Positions 24,081 to 34,560 of a stretch of DNA of 64,000 nucleotides are shown piece by piece. This DNA is from the human T2T-CHM13v2.0 reference genome, Homo sapiens. How positions within the stretch are numbered: the first letter of the stretch is position 1; each line of letters starts with the position of its first letter. The translations under genes and the position numbers were made by a program. The notes beneath the pieces are model-generated. The model had not been told where the DNA came from. It did no database searches and saw only the letters and a program-made list of their open reading frames with translations. The stretch lies in the NCBI RefSeq assembly GCF_009914755.1, contig NC_060934.1, one strand, 5' to 3'.

Positions 24081-25755
24081 AAACCGCATGGTGGGTCCAA
24101 CATCCTCTGCGGCTATGCTAGTGGTGTGGGTGTGCCTTGAGGAGCCATGGGGGGCAGGGGCCCTCGCCAGTCAGCTGCTGTCTGCACCCAGGGCCACAGG
24201 GCAAGGGTGGGCTCTGAAAGAGCAGGACAAACAGCCAGAGGACTTGGCTCCCCGCTCCTGGAGGAGGGCAGGTCTGACCAGCCAGGAGCAGGTTGGGGTG
24301 TGGGGTGAAGCAGAAAACCAAACTCGAGTGAAATAGAAAACATGGAACAGTTGTGCGTCCTCACACTACAGCACTAGTACATCTTCACACTACAGCACTT
24401 GTGGGCTGCGGGGCCCTGCAACTGCCAGTGCTGGGGCCCGGTCTTCTGAGCCACAGCACCACGTGCAGCAGGGACGTGATGGCTCACCCCGCTCTCCCCT
24501 CCACCATGAGCGCACCCACCTTTCCTCACCCTGCCAGGGCAGGACACACCTTTGGGGGCGCCCCAGGACATCCAGGTTTTGACCCCACAATGCTCAGGAA
24601 GGATGACTTGTGAGTGGAGGCTGGGCCATTCTGGGGGGTATGCTGAGGCGTGAGCCCAAAGGTGACAAGTGACACATGAGAGCAAGTGGCACCAGGTGCC
24701 ATTCACTCAGCTCTGCTTGGGAAGCCCCCCTGGGGTGGTAGACAGTGTCATGCTCTGGTATTCTGTGCTGTGACCAGGGCCACCTCATTCCCATACAGGC
24801 CCCCAGATCAGTATCTCCACCAACCATACTCACCATGGGTGCAGGAACATCAGCTCCTCTCCTCCTGAGAGTCACTGGGCAGCGTGGGGGCAGGCGAGCT
24901 GGAGGAGGCGCAGCTTCTGGAGCTGGGAGGCCGGGTGCTCCTGCCCGGGAGCCCAAGGGCCCGTCTGACCTCAGAGAGCCTCCTTATCAGCCGCGGGGAG
25001 GGCGATCTATCACGTGGCCCATGCTGGTGTGGAAGGACAATAAAGCAGATATTGACCGTGATTCTAATCGGGTGAGCTGGGCCTCTCAGCCCCACAGAAC
25101 ACAGCATGCCGACTTATGGGTTCAGACGCGAGAGGAGCCAAGCCTGAGCAGGAACGAGATAAGAACATGCCCTGGGTGATTCAATTTAATGCAACCGTCG
25201 CTCCCAGCAACCTTGATTTGCTAAGTGCTGGGGAGCCCAGAGACGAAGGAGACAGGGGGCCAGCATGTTCTGGTCTGACAGCAGGCACAGGGCCTCGCCC
25301 TGGTGGGGTCAGAAGGCTAAGGGGATGTATGTCCTTGAATCCACTGGGCAGGGAAGGGCAGGGGGGTATGTGCAGCTGCCTGGAGGAAACCCCAGGCCCC
25401 ACTGAGCCATGGGGAGCAAGGCCCTGACCAGCACTTGCTGCAGATGGCCCCTGCCTGGAGCCTTCCCACCTGCTCCTCTGCAGATGCCTCCCCTCTCCCT
25501 CACCAGGAAAGTCAGGGTATCCCGACTCTGTCCCGTGCCAATTATGTGCTGTCATCCAGCCCCTGCATGGCCAGTGCCACCATGGGCCGGTGACCGCGAC
25601 ACCCTCCACCCACGAGCCAACCACACACTCTAAGCCTGCTTGAGGCCTGTGGCACCTGGTACCCTGGGGGCCAGAACTGTTCCAAGACCCAACCCTGATC
25701 TCCTCCCTGTTTAAACTGGCTTATTCCTGCTACTTGGGTCTAAAACCCTTTGAGA

Positions 25756-26197
25756 GCTGGGCATGGTGGCACATGCCTGTAATCCCAGCACTTTGGAAGA
25801 CCGAAGTGGGCGGATCGCTTGAGCCCAGGAATTGGAGACTACTCTGGAGAACATGGCAAGATGTCATCTCTATCAAAAAAAAAAAAAAACTAAAAAATGA
25901 GCCAGGTATGGTGGCTCATGCCTGTAATCCCAGCTATTCAGGAGGCTGAGGTGGGAGGGTCACTCGAGCTCAGGAGTTTGAGGCCAGCCTAGGCAACAAA
26001 GTGAGACCTCATCTCCATAAAAACTAAAAAATTTAGACAGGCATAGTGGCGTGCACTGGTAGTCCTAGCTATTTGGGAGACTGGGGCAGGAAGATTGCAT
26101 GAGCCCAGGAGGTCAAGGCTGCAGTGAGCCAAGGTCGTGCCACTTGACTCCAGCCTGGGCAACAGAGCAAGACCTTGTCTCTAAATAAATAAATAAA
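25756..26197 (+). mobile_element. Trimeric AluJ (left arm + chimeric arm + right arm)
   Basis: Three monomers in tandem, flanked by TSD TAAAACCCTTTGAGA (25741-55) / TAAAACCCTTCGAGA (26198-212). Confidence 0.92.
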
Positions 26198-26539
26198 TAA
26201 AACCCTTCGAGACCCCCACACCATCATTCCCTCATCCCCCACCTAACCCAAGGATGCCCTATTGCCCATCTTCAGAATGCAGGCAACCCTCACCTGCATT
26301 CCTTCCTCAACTGCATGCACCCCCACCTGACCCTTCCTCACCTGGACACATTCTCACCCAGCTCTCTCCCTGGCACCATCCCCTCAGCTGTCATCCTCCA
26401 CAGCTCTCTGGAGACAACTTCCCCCGTGTCTCCTAGCCCTGCCCTGCCCCTTCCCGCAGCAGCAGAAGTTTCTGGAGTGTGCACTGGGTCCCGCTGCTTG
26501 CCAGCTTGGTCTTGCTGCCATCCACCATGGCAGCCAGGC

Positions 26540-26900
26540 CAAACCCACCCTCCTCCCTCCTCTAAACACCCCTGGCCGGCACCTGCTTACCCTACAGTCT
26601 CATCTCCTCTCTCACCTGTCACATGCTCCCCACATGCAGCTCTTGCCGCCTCACCAGGTTCCTTACATTCACCCTATCTCCGGGCCTCTGCACGCACTGT
26701 GCCTTCTGTTTAGAAGCATTTATCCTGCATTCCTTTTGGTCACCTTCCTTCCTCCATGCAGACCTTGTCCCTGGGGCCCTCCCTCTGGCCCAGCTGCAGC
26801 AACTCCTGCCTAGAGTTCCTCTCTGTAACGCACTTACCCTGAGTCAATTCTCGTGCTTGTGTACGTGCCCCTTGCCCCACACCAGCTGCTCCATTCGGTC
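26540..26900 (+). mobile_element. L2 fragment
   Basis: cgggcctctgcacgcactgtgccttctgtttagaagc resembles the L2 3' consensus. Pyrimidine-rich. Confidence 0.5.
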
Positions 26901-26977
26901 TCATCCACCGTTACACATGCCACACCCACAGCAGGGCCTCTGAGGCACCCAGTGCCACAGCCACACCAGCTGGATGG

Positions 26978-27050
26978 CTCTCTGTGCCTCAGCCTGCTCA
27001 TCTGTAAGATGGGGGATCATTGTGCCCACTCCCAGGGCTCAGTGAGGGAT
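26978..27050 (+). mobile_element. MIR core fragment
   Basis: ctctctgtgcctcagcctgctcatctgtaagatgggg. Confidence 0.7.
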
Positions 27051-27843
27051 GCACCCAGGTCTTTAGGACATGCTGGGTGTGATGGTTCTTCACTCCCTTC
27101 GTGGAGAGCTGTGTAACCTGCTTGGGATGATGCCATCAGGAAGGGCAGATGGCACAGGGTCATAAGGCCACGGACACCCAGCTCTGCTTGGAGCAAAATC
27201 TCTCCAGGGCACTGAGACAGAGGCCCCCCAAATAGCCCGCCTGCCATCTTCCCTCACGCATGGTCCCTGTGCTCTGCCTGGCCCACGCCTTTTTTGGCTG
27301 GGGCTCAGGCTCTCTGTGGAGTGGGGGCTGGGGGAGCAACAGAAGAGGCCTTGTTGAGGGTCCCAAGGGTCCCCACTTACATGCCACACGGACCCCAGTG
27401 CAGACCCATCTCCCAAGAGCCAGGTCCCTGATTGGATTTAGCTCTGGCCTCCCAGCACCTCACGCCCATATCCCCTGGCCTGTCTCTTTAGAGGATAATC
27501 AGAGGAAGTAATTCTATTTGAGAAACAATCACTCCTGTGGTATGATGGTGCACTCGATGTTAATGGACCCAGCATCCTTGCATACTAAGGACGCATTTCA
27601 GCCAAGCACAGGGTGTTTTTCGAGAAAGGTCTTGTTCCCCATCAAGGCTCTGCCCTCACTGAGCTATTAGCAGCCAGGCTGAGGACATGAGCTTGAGGGG
27701 AGGTGCAGACTCAGAGGTGCTCTGTGCACTGGGCTCCTTTGGGCACTGGCAGACAGGGCAGAAGTTCTGCCTGGGGAACTCGGGCTCTGGCAGGTGTTCT
27801 GTACACCCACCTGGCATAACATCAGCCTGCCCTGGTGCCATTT

Positions 27844-27940
27844 CCATTATCAGTCCATCTTACAGGTGAAGACACTGAGAATAAGAGAAAAAAGGAGGAT
27901 GTCCGTATCCACACAGCTGGTGAGGGGGAGCTGGAAACCC
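27844..27940 (-). mobile_element. MIR fragment
   Basis: ccatcttacaggtgaagacactgag...cacacagctggt is the antisense MIR core. Confidence 0.6.
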
Positions 27941-28559
27941 TCCAGAACATTGCTCCCGTGCTCCCCCACTTCTGCTCACCCTCTGCTGACTCAGTTTCCC
28001 ACTTTCTGCCTGCTCGTGGTGCTGCACCCGCTGCCAACATAACTGTAAATGCAAAAATGATGATGCCACACCTTCCCACAAAATTCTTCACCATGTTTCC
28101 AAGGCCTACAGAAGACGCTGGAGCTCTGGGATGCCAGTGCATGGGCACGCGCCACCAAGACAAGCCCCCTCTACCTTGGACCCATCTCCTGGCCAATCAT
28201 ACCTGGCAGGCGGCCCTGGCCCAGCCATACTGCACCCCCTGCAGGGTCCTGTTTTGGCCTGGGGACTTCACACTTAGCCTTGGCAAGTGCCACCCCCATG
28301 AGGGAAAGGCTCCCCCCACCCCTCGTGTCCTATCTAGGTGACAGCCACTCGCCCATTCAGGAGGATTCTGCCTGAGCACCTCTTCCCCGTCAATGTCACT
28401 CCCCGAGCCTGGGCCTGCCACAGAACCTGCCACGTCCACGCAAGGTCCTGCTCCTGGGTCTGCTCCTCATCTGAGCGGAGGGGAGAGGCTTCTCCAACGC
28501 TGGAGAGAGTGCAGCCTCCGGCAGCCTGTGGGGCCACAGGGCCTGGCCTGCCCAGCTTT

Positions 28560-29510
28560 CTCCTTCATTCATTCAGCACATACCCATTGAGGTCCCACTG
28601 CCTGTCAGGCCCTGCTGTGGGCTGCCATAACAAGATAGGTTACACCGGCTTGAGCAAACAGTCATTTCTAACAGTTCTGGAGGCCGGCCTCTGGACTGGG
28701 TTCCAGCAGGGTCAGTGGTGGTGAGGCCTCTCTTCCTGGTTTGCGGCCGGCTGTCCTCTCATGACATCTTCCCATGGTGGAGTGAGATCATGCCCCTTGC
28801 ATCCCTCCTTATAGGTGCACTAATCCCATTCATGGAGTCTCCACGCCCATGACCTAATTCCCTCCCACAGCCCTCACACCCACTGCCATCACGCTGGGGT
28901 TTGGGCTTTCACATATGAATGGGGGTCACAGATAATCAGCCTAGAGTGGGCACTGGGACACAGCAGTGACAAAAAGACAAAACCTATGTCCCCGAGGGCC
29001 CACATACCCACTGAGGACAGAACTTGCCGAGGTGATGCTGAGCCATGTGGACACCTGGGGGAGATCATGCCAGGCATGGGGGACGCCAGTATCGAGGCCC
29101 TGGCTAGGGGTCCCTGGTGGATCAGTGAGGTGCCCAAGAGAGCAGCACATGGCTGGAGCAGTGGCACAGTGGGTTCTGACTTACATCTCAGGAGAATCCT
29201 GTTGTCTCGGGCAGAGAACAGGAGGACAGGCTGCAGTGCTGGTGGACAGGAAAGTGCAGAATGGGCCACTGCAGAGATGCAGCAGGTGGGCAGGAGGTGA
29301 GGGGTCAGATTCTGGGACCACGGGAACTGCTGGTGCGTGGGGTGAAGGAAATGAGAGAAGCCAGCACCCAGGGAGACGCCAGGACCTGTGGCCTGAGAAA
29401 CTGGGAGTGCAGGGCTATCATCAGCTGGAGTGGGGCGAGGGCAGGCCTATGGGGAAGGAAATGGGGACAAGTCCCTTTTGAATACCTACTGGATGTCCAG
29501 GTGGACTTGT
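28560..29510 (-). mobile_element. L2 3' end interrupted by an MLT1A-like LTR
   Basis: ttcattcattcagcacat...ttgag is the L2 tail. The element resumes at gggcactgggacacagcagtgacaaaaagaca. Confidence 0.7.
28616..28943 (-). mobile_element. MLT1A-like solo LTR
   Basis: gggctgccataaca...acagttctggaggc...cactaatcccattcatg...catgacctaat...ttcacatatgaat. Confidence 0.8.
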
Positions 29511-29934
29511 TTGTAACTGGACATTGTGAGCCTGACCTGAGGTTCCTGCCCTGAGCCCCCATCCCCGGCCCCCTTGCAGGGTCAGTGAGGCACGAGCACA
29601 GGGGTCAGTCCTAGGGACCCAGGCCTGGCCCTCAGGGGTAACTGGTGCCCATGTTGCCCTCAAGGGCTGTCCCCTGGTCTTGGAGAACATTCCCTGAGAG
29701 CTGTCCCCTGGCCAAGGGGAAGTGAGGGACACACTAGTGCCTCTCATGATACCTTGGCTGGAGCAGGGGCTTGGAGGGGCAGCCTGGGGCCCTCAGGTTC
29801 CTGCTCCCCACCCCATGCATCTCAGCCCTTCACTCCCAGGGAAGCTGCTGCATGCCTTCCCTAGAATCTGTCCCACAGGGGGTGAACTCCCTGCCTGTCA
29901 CCACTGTTGAAGGATGACTTTTCTTCTCTCCACA

Positions 29935-30085
29935 AGCCAGGGAATTAATTCATGCCATCTATTTTACTGAGTCGGATCAAAGGTTGTCAAATTCCTTCAC
30001 CCACTTAATGATCTGTAATATACCCTTCCATTTCCTGACCAGGCTATTAGATAAAATAGAATTCATAATGGCCTCCTGGCAGCAT
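29935..30085. promoter_or_regulatory. Candidate enhancer
   Basis: GAATTAATTC (29942-51), GGATCAAAGG (TCF/LEF-like, 29974-83), TGTCAA, TTAATGA and TAATGG in a unique AT-rich island. Confidence 0.4.
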
Positions 30086-31319
30086 CTGTGCACCTGTGTA
30101 CATGTGCAGGGTCAGTCAAGAGACCCTAGGATCTGCTCAGCCAGGATGTATCTTTTTTTCCAAGAGATTCTGCAAATCTCAATCCATATGGGGCTTTTAG
30201 TGCCAAACATACTCTATGGTCTGTGTGAGGCTGAAAATATATGACTCACGAGTCACCACTGCCCTTGCCCTGTCCGTGGTAGACATTATTAATCAATTAC
30301 AGGCACTCTTCACCACTGAGCTCAGATGTAGCTCCTTCCACAGCCATCACACATGATACATGTCCTGGCCGGGGCAAGGAAACCTCCTGACCATCCAGAT
30401 GAGAGACATTAATTGATGCTGCTCACCACACTGTTGTTTCTCCTTTTTTTTATGTGTACGGTGGCCTCTGAGCAGGGGTAATATGAGGTGACCAGGATCC
30501 CCCCACTGAGCCTCCTGCAGGCTGCTTCAGTGGGCACAGCCCATGATCCTACTCCACAGTCAGGAATGAGCACCCCAAACCTGCCAAGCTCCCACCTCAC
30601 AGGAGGTCTATTGTGTCAGCCTCCTGAGCTCCTAGGCATGAAAGCACCTTGCTGGACAAAGGCAGGGATTGCTAGCAGGCAGCAGCACACAGGCGATCAT
30701 GGGAAGACCCGGGGCCCTGCCCGATCCACCACACACCCACACACCAGTCATGCTCCATCCTGTCACAATATCAAAGAGGAAGCATCAAGGCTGACAGCCA
30801 CAGCTGAAAAGAGCTGTGCACAACCGCCACCTTGGTCCCTGTGAGGGGTCTGGTCACTGGCCTGACGGTGACACCTTCTCGGGGTACAGAGTCCCAGACT
30901 CCCTGTTGTTCCTGTCTTGGGAGCAGTATTGGCGCTGGCCTCAGGCCACCTGGGCCTCTCCACTCCCTTCTCCCCTAGCAGGCCTCTTGCTCAGAGCTCC
31001 TACGAGGTCTCCTCTCCCAGCTCCTCTGAGCTGGGCTGCAGGCTGGGTGTGTAGAGAAGAGCAGAGGAGGCTGGGAGAGCTCCCTGAAGTCACGTTACTG
31101 TCTGCTCAGCTCAGAGAGAAGAGCTTCAGAGACAGGGAGGACTGAGTTCAAAGGGAAGCCCTGGGGCTGGAGGTGACCCTACCTGGCTGCCGCAGAGGAC
31201 TAGCCACATGCCTGCCACATGCCAACCATCGTCCCCTGTCACTGCAGCCTCTGTCATGTCAGCCTTCAGCTCCCTGGAGCAGTGAGGCGGGCTGTCCTCG
31301 CCCCTGCCTCGACCTGAGC

Positions 31320-31500
31320 CTTTTAAGCAAATCAGCAATGTAATTATTGATCTGTAAAAGAAAAGGAATTAATATGGCCGCCCACATCCTTTGTACATAA
31401 GAGTATTTAACAATGAACTCTGCTTAAACTTCATAAAAGCCTCTTCAGCAAATCAGCACAGAAGTATCGATCTGGAAGCTGGCCTGTGAATTCCAGCTGA
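31320..31500. promoter_or_regulatory. Candidate enhancer with a duplicated motif module
   Basis: AGCAAATCAGCA-N7-TATTGATCTG and AGCAAATCAGCA-N6-TATCGATCTG, plus SOX-like AACAATG and TAATTA. Confidence 0.45.
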
Positions 31501-32749
31501 CTGCCTCTCCCACTGAAGGACCATTACTTGGTCTTACCGAATCTCCTCTCTCCATTTATGGCTGGGCGCTTCCTCCTGGGACGCTTCTGCTGCCTCTCCA
31601 CAGGGACTGAGCTGCCCAGTTTTGCTGATCCTCCCTTTTCCTGGAGTCCAGCGTATCGACTGGAGAGAGTACTGGGGAGGTGCTCTTGGTTGGGGCTCTG
31701 CAGCCACCCTGGGCCTAACACCCCAGGCTCAGGCCTGCCCTAGAGACCCTTGGTCACCCTGCTTTTCATGGAGCAGAAGCTGGGGTACTCGGTGTGCACC
31801 CTCTTGTTCACCCTCCCAAATGGGCATTCTTGCTTCACCTTGCAGGGTCACCCAGATGCTGGGGGCTGGGGCCAGCCTTCCAGCCAATGGCTGAGCGCTT
31901 TCCTTCTCAGATATGTGAGTTGGGGCTGGCATCACCCACAATGTAGCAAGCTGGACCCACTGCCACTGAGGCCGTGGGCTCTCCCTAATGGGATCTTGTC
32001 CAGGTACCCGAGGAGGCCAGTGAGTCAGCAGGCTCTGCCAGAGCACCCACCAGCCCTGGCATCCAGCAAGATGGCTTTGCCCTTGGAGCCTTCCCATCCA
32101 CCCTGGGCCCAGCCTGCCAGTTACTCTGAGCCTGTGGCTGTGCATCTGGCCTGGGACCCTGTCCTGTCTGCTGGGTAGTGGCAGGGTCCCATGGGAGAGT
32201 CAGTCCTATCTTGAAGCAGGACTCTGAGCTCACTGCCAGCTGCTCAGGGTTCTCCTCGGCTGCCCAGCTCTAGGAGCAGAGGCCTGAACCCTGTGACCTC
32301 TGTGGGGCCACTTGCAGATGGGGCAGGGATGGGCTGGTGGATGAGATGGGGTGGCTCTGCAGATGGGGTGGGGGATGCCGACAACTGAGGCAGTGAGTGC
32401 AGTGGCAGGAGTTGGGGTCTCTGGGTTGGGCCTCGTCCAGGGCTAGCATCTAGGGGGTCCAGAACCCCCTTCCTCTCTGGCCACCATGGCTGCCTTTGTG
32501 AAATGAGCTCTGGCCTTGGCCTCTAAGGCCCCTACAGCCCTGACTTTATGCATAGCAGCAGAACAGGGTCAGAGAGTCCAAACCACAGACCCCACGTCAC
32601 AGGCCAGCCCCTCAGAAATGCACAGTGCCTAACAGGAACAGAGCCTCCAACACACTGGGAAGTGGCTGTGGTGGCGTCCGCCCCCGCTGATCATGTCGTC
32701 TGCCCTGCACCCTCCCACGCCTCTGCACTGGATGCAAGCTCACTCCACA

Positions 32750-32935
32750 TGCCTCTCTCTGCCGTGGCTCCTGCCTTGTACCTCCTCCTCTCTGTCTCAT
32801 TCTTCTTGTCTTTGCCTCCTTCTCTGTCAGTTTCTTTGTTTCTATTTTCTTCTCTGCTGGCCCCTGTTTTCCCTTTCTCTTTGTCTCTTTCTGATCTTTC
32901 TCTGTTAATCCTGACGTTCTGGTTGTCTTTCTGGC
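32750..32935. repeat. CT-rich low-complexity tract
   Basis: Read directly. Confidence 0.75.
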
Positions 32936-33345
32936 CACCCCCACGACCACTCATGTCCAGCATTCCCTGGATCAGGGTGGGTGAGGCTCATGCCCAGGTC
33001 TCAAGAGGAGGTCCGGGTGCTGGGCCCTGCCTGGCAACTTGGAGAAGGCTCCCCTTGAGAACACTCACTCCTCCAGGGGGATGGAGGCTGTGGGGGCAAG
33101 CTCTTCTCAGAGCAGGTGCACAGCAGTCCCTCCTGGCCCTGCAGGTCTTGCTGGTTGCCCTACCATGAGCCACATCTTGGGGCCGGCAGTGGGGAGGAGG
33201 AGACCTCTGTGCTGGCCATGATTTGAGGGACACCAGAGGACTCCAAGGGTGCCCCACCTCACAGCATCCCTTCCCCACCTTCCTCCAACCTGCTCCTGGC
33301 TGCCAATGGCCAGGACAGGTCAGGTCAGGTGAGGGGTGATGGGGA

Positions 33346-33357
33346 CCACCAGAGGGC
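33346..33357 (+). promoter_or_regulatory. CTCF core-like motif CCACCAGAGGGC
   Basis: Matches CCASYAGRKGGC. The following base deviates from consensus and occupancy is unknown. Confidence 0.25.
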
Positions 33358-34349
33358 TGCAGGCTGCCACCCCCTCCATCCAGCTGCCGACCAGCTGGGA
33401 GAGGTGCTGTCCTCACACTCACACAAAGCCTTGGTGAGAGAACAGAGAGGGATGCTTGCATGTGGCATTGCACCCCTGGGAAGAGGAGCACCCCAGGAAC
33501 TTGGGGTCCATGCGGTCCATGCCTCGGGGCCCTATAGCCTGGAGTCTAGGTCCCCAAGCTCCTCCAGGCCACCTTGAGGGCCTCTGCCAACACGCACTGC
33601 CTCAGGAGGGCATGCAGGCCACAGACAAGGGGCAGGGCCTCAGCTCTCACTAGAAAGAAGCCGAGGAGGGGGCCTCTGAGGAACTGGCGGGGGTCCCACA
33701 GGCAGGACAGCCCAAGGTCATGGCCTCTAACTCAGAGGGGGCCTCTGGAAGCGCCACGTTCACTAGGCACGGGCTGGAGGCAGCCCGTTCACTAGGGCGG
33801 TCTCCCGAAGACGTATCTGTTGCAGGGGCAGCGAGAATTCCAGGGGAACTCTAGAAAATGAGTGGCACCTGCCCTCCTTGTGACTGGTCAAGGAATATTG
33901 GGGCCTACTGAGCATGCTTGGGGTACCCTCCTCTGCAGATAGCCCATGCAGGTCCAGGGGCCTGATCCCACCTGCCACCCCCAGGCTGGGAGACTCAGAG
34001 CCCATCAGTGCTGGTGTCAGAAGAGGTCGCCCCTTTCCTGACCCCTCTGCTTCCTGCCGCCCGGAGATCAAAAGGTGTCTCCTCGGCGGTTCCTGTCACC
34101 AGCCTTAATGCACGCTCTCCCCATTAGCACAGGGGCTGGGAGGGGAGGCAGCCAGGGGAAGATGGGAGCCTCAGATCTGAGCCCAGAGGAAGGAGACAGG
34201 GGTGGGAGGTCTAGGGAAGATTCAGCGATAGGCCTGCCCTCCTGCGGCCCTCCAGACACCAGTCTTAGAGCCCTCCTGCATGGGGAGACATGGGGCATAC
34301 TGGGGAAGGGTGAGGTCCTCTCTGAGCCCCACCAGCCCTGACTTGACTG

Positions 34350-34560
34350 CCGCTCTGTGCTGAGTGCTCCCCGCACACGGCTCCTGGTGACAGCACCCGT
34401 GTGCTAGTACCGAGCCACAGGGTGGTCACAGATGCTGTCCGTGTGGTCTCCAGCCCGTGTCAGTGGGGAAGGGCCCACAGTGCTTTTCTGAGGCCAGAGC
34501 ACTGTCATTGCCCCTCGAAGAACCAGCTAATGGCAGTTTCCAGACTAGAACCTGGTCTCC
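34350..34560 (-). mobile_element. MIR (degraded)
   Basis: ctgtgctgagtgct...ctgaggccagag...ccagctaatggcag...ctagaacctggtct. Confidence 0.45.

Noticed and set aside
30270-30520. Possible ancient LTR fragment (gtggtagacatt...)
   Set aside because: Similarity is too weak to name a family or boundaries without a Dfam search.
32548-33168. 206-aa ORF with a hydrophobic, membrane-like stretch
   Set aside because: The hydrophobic part is the translation of a CT-rich low-complexity tract, and no homology is recognised.
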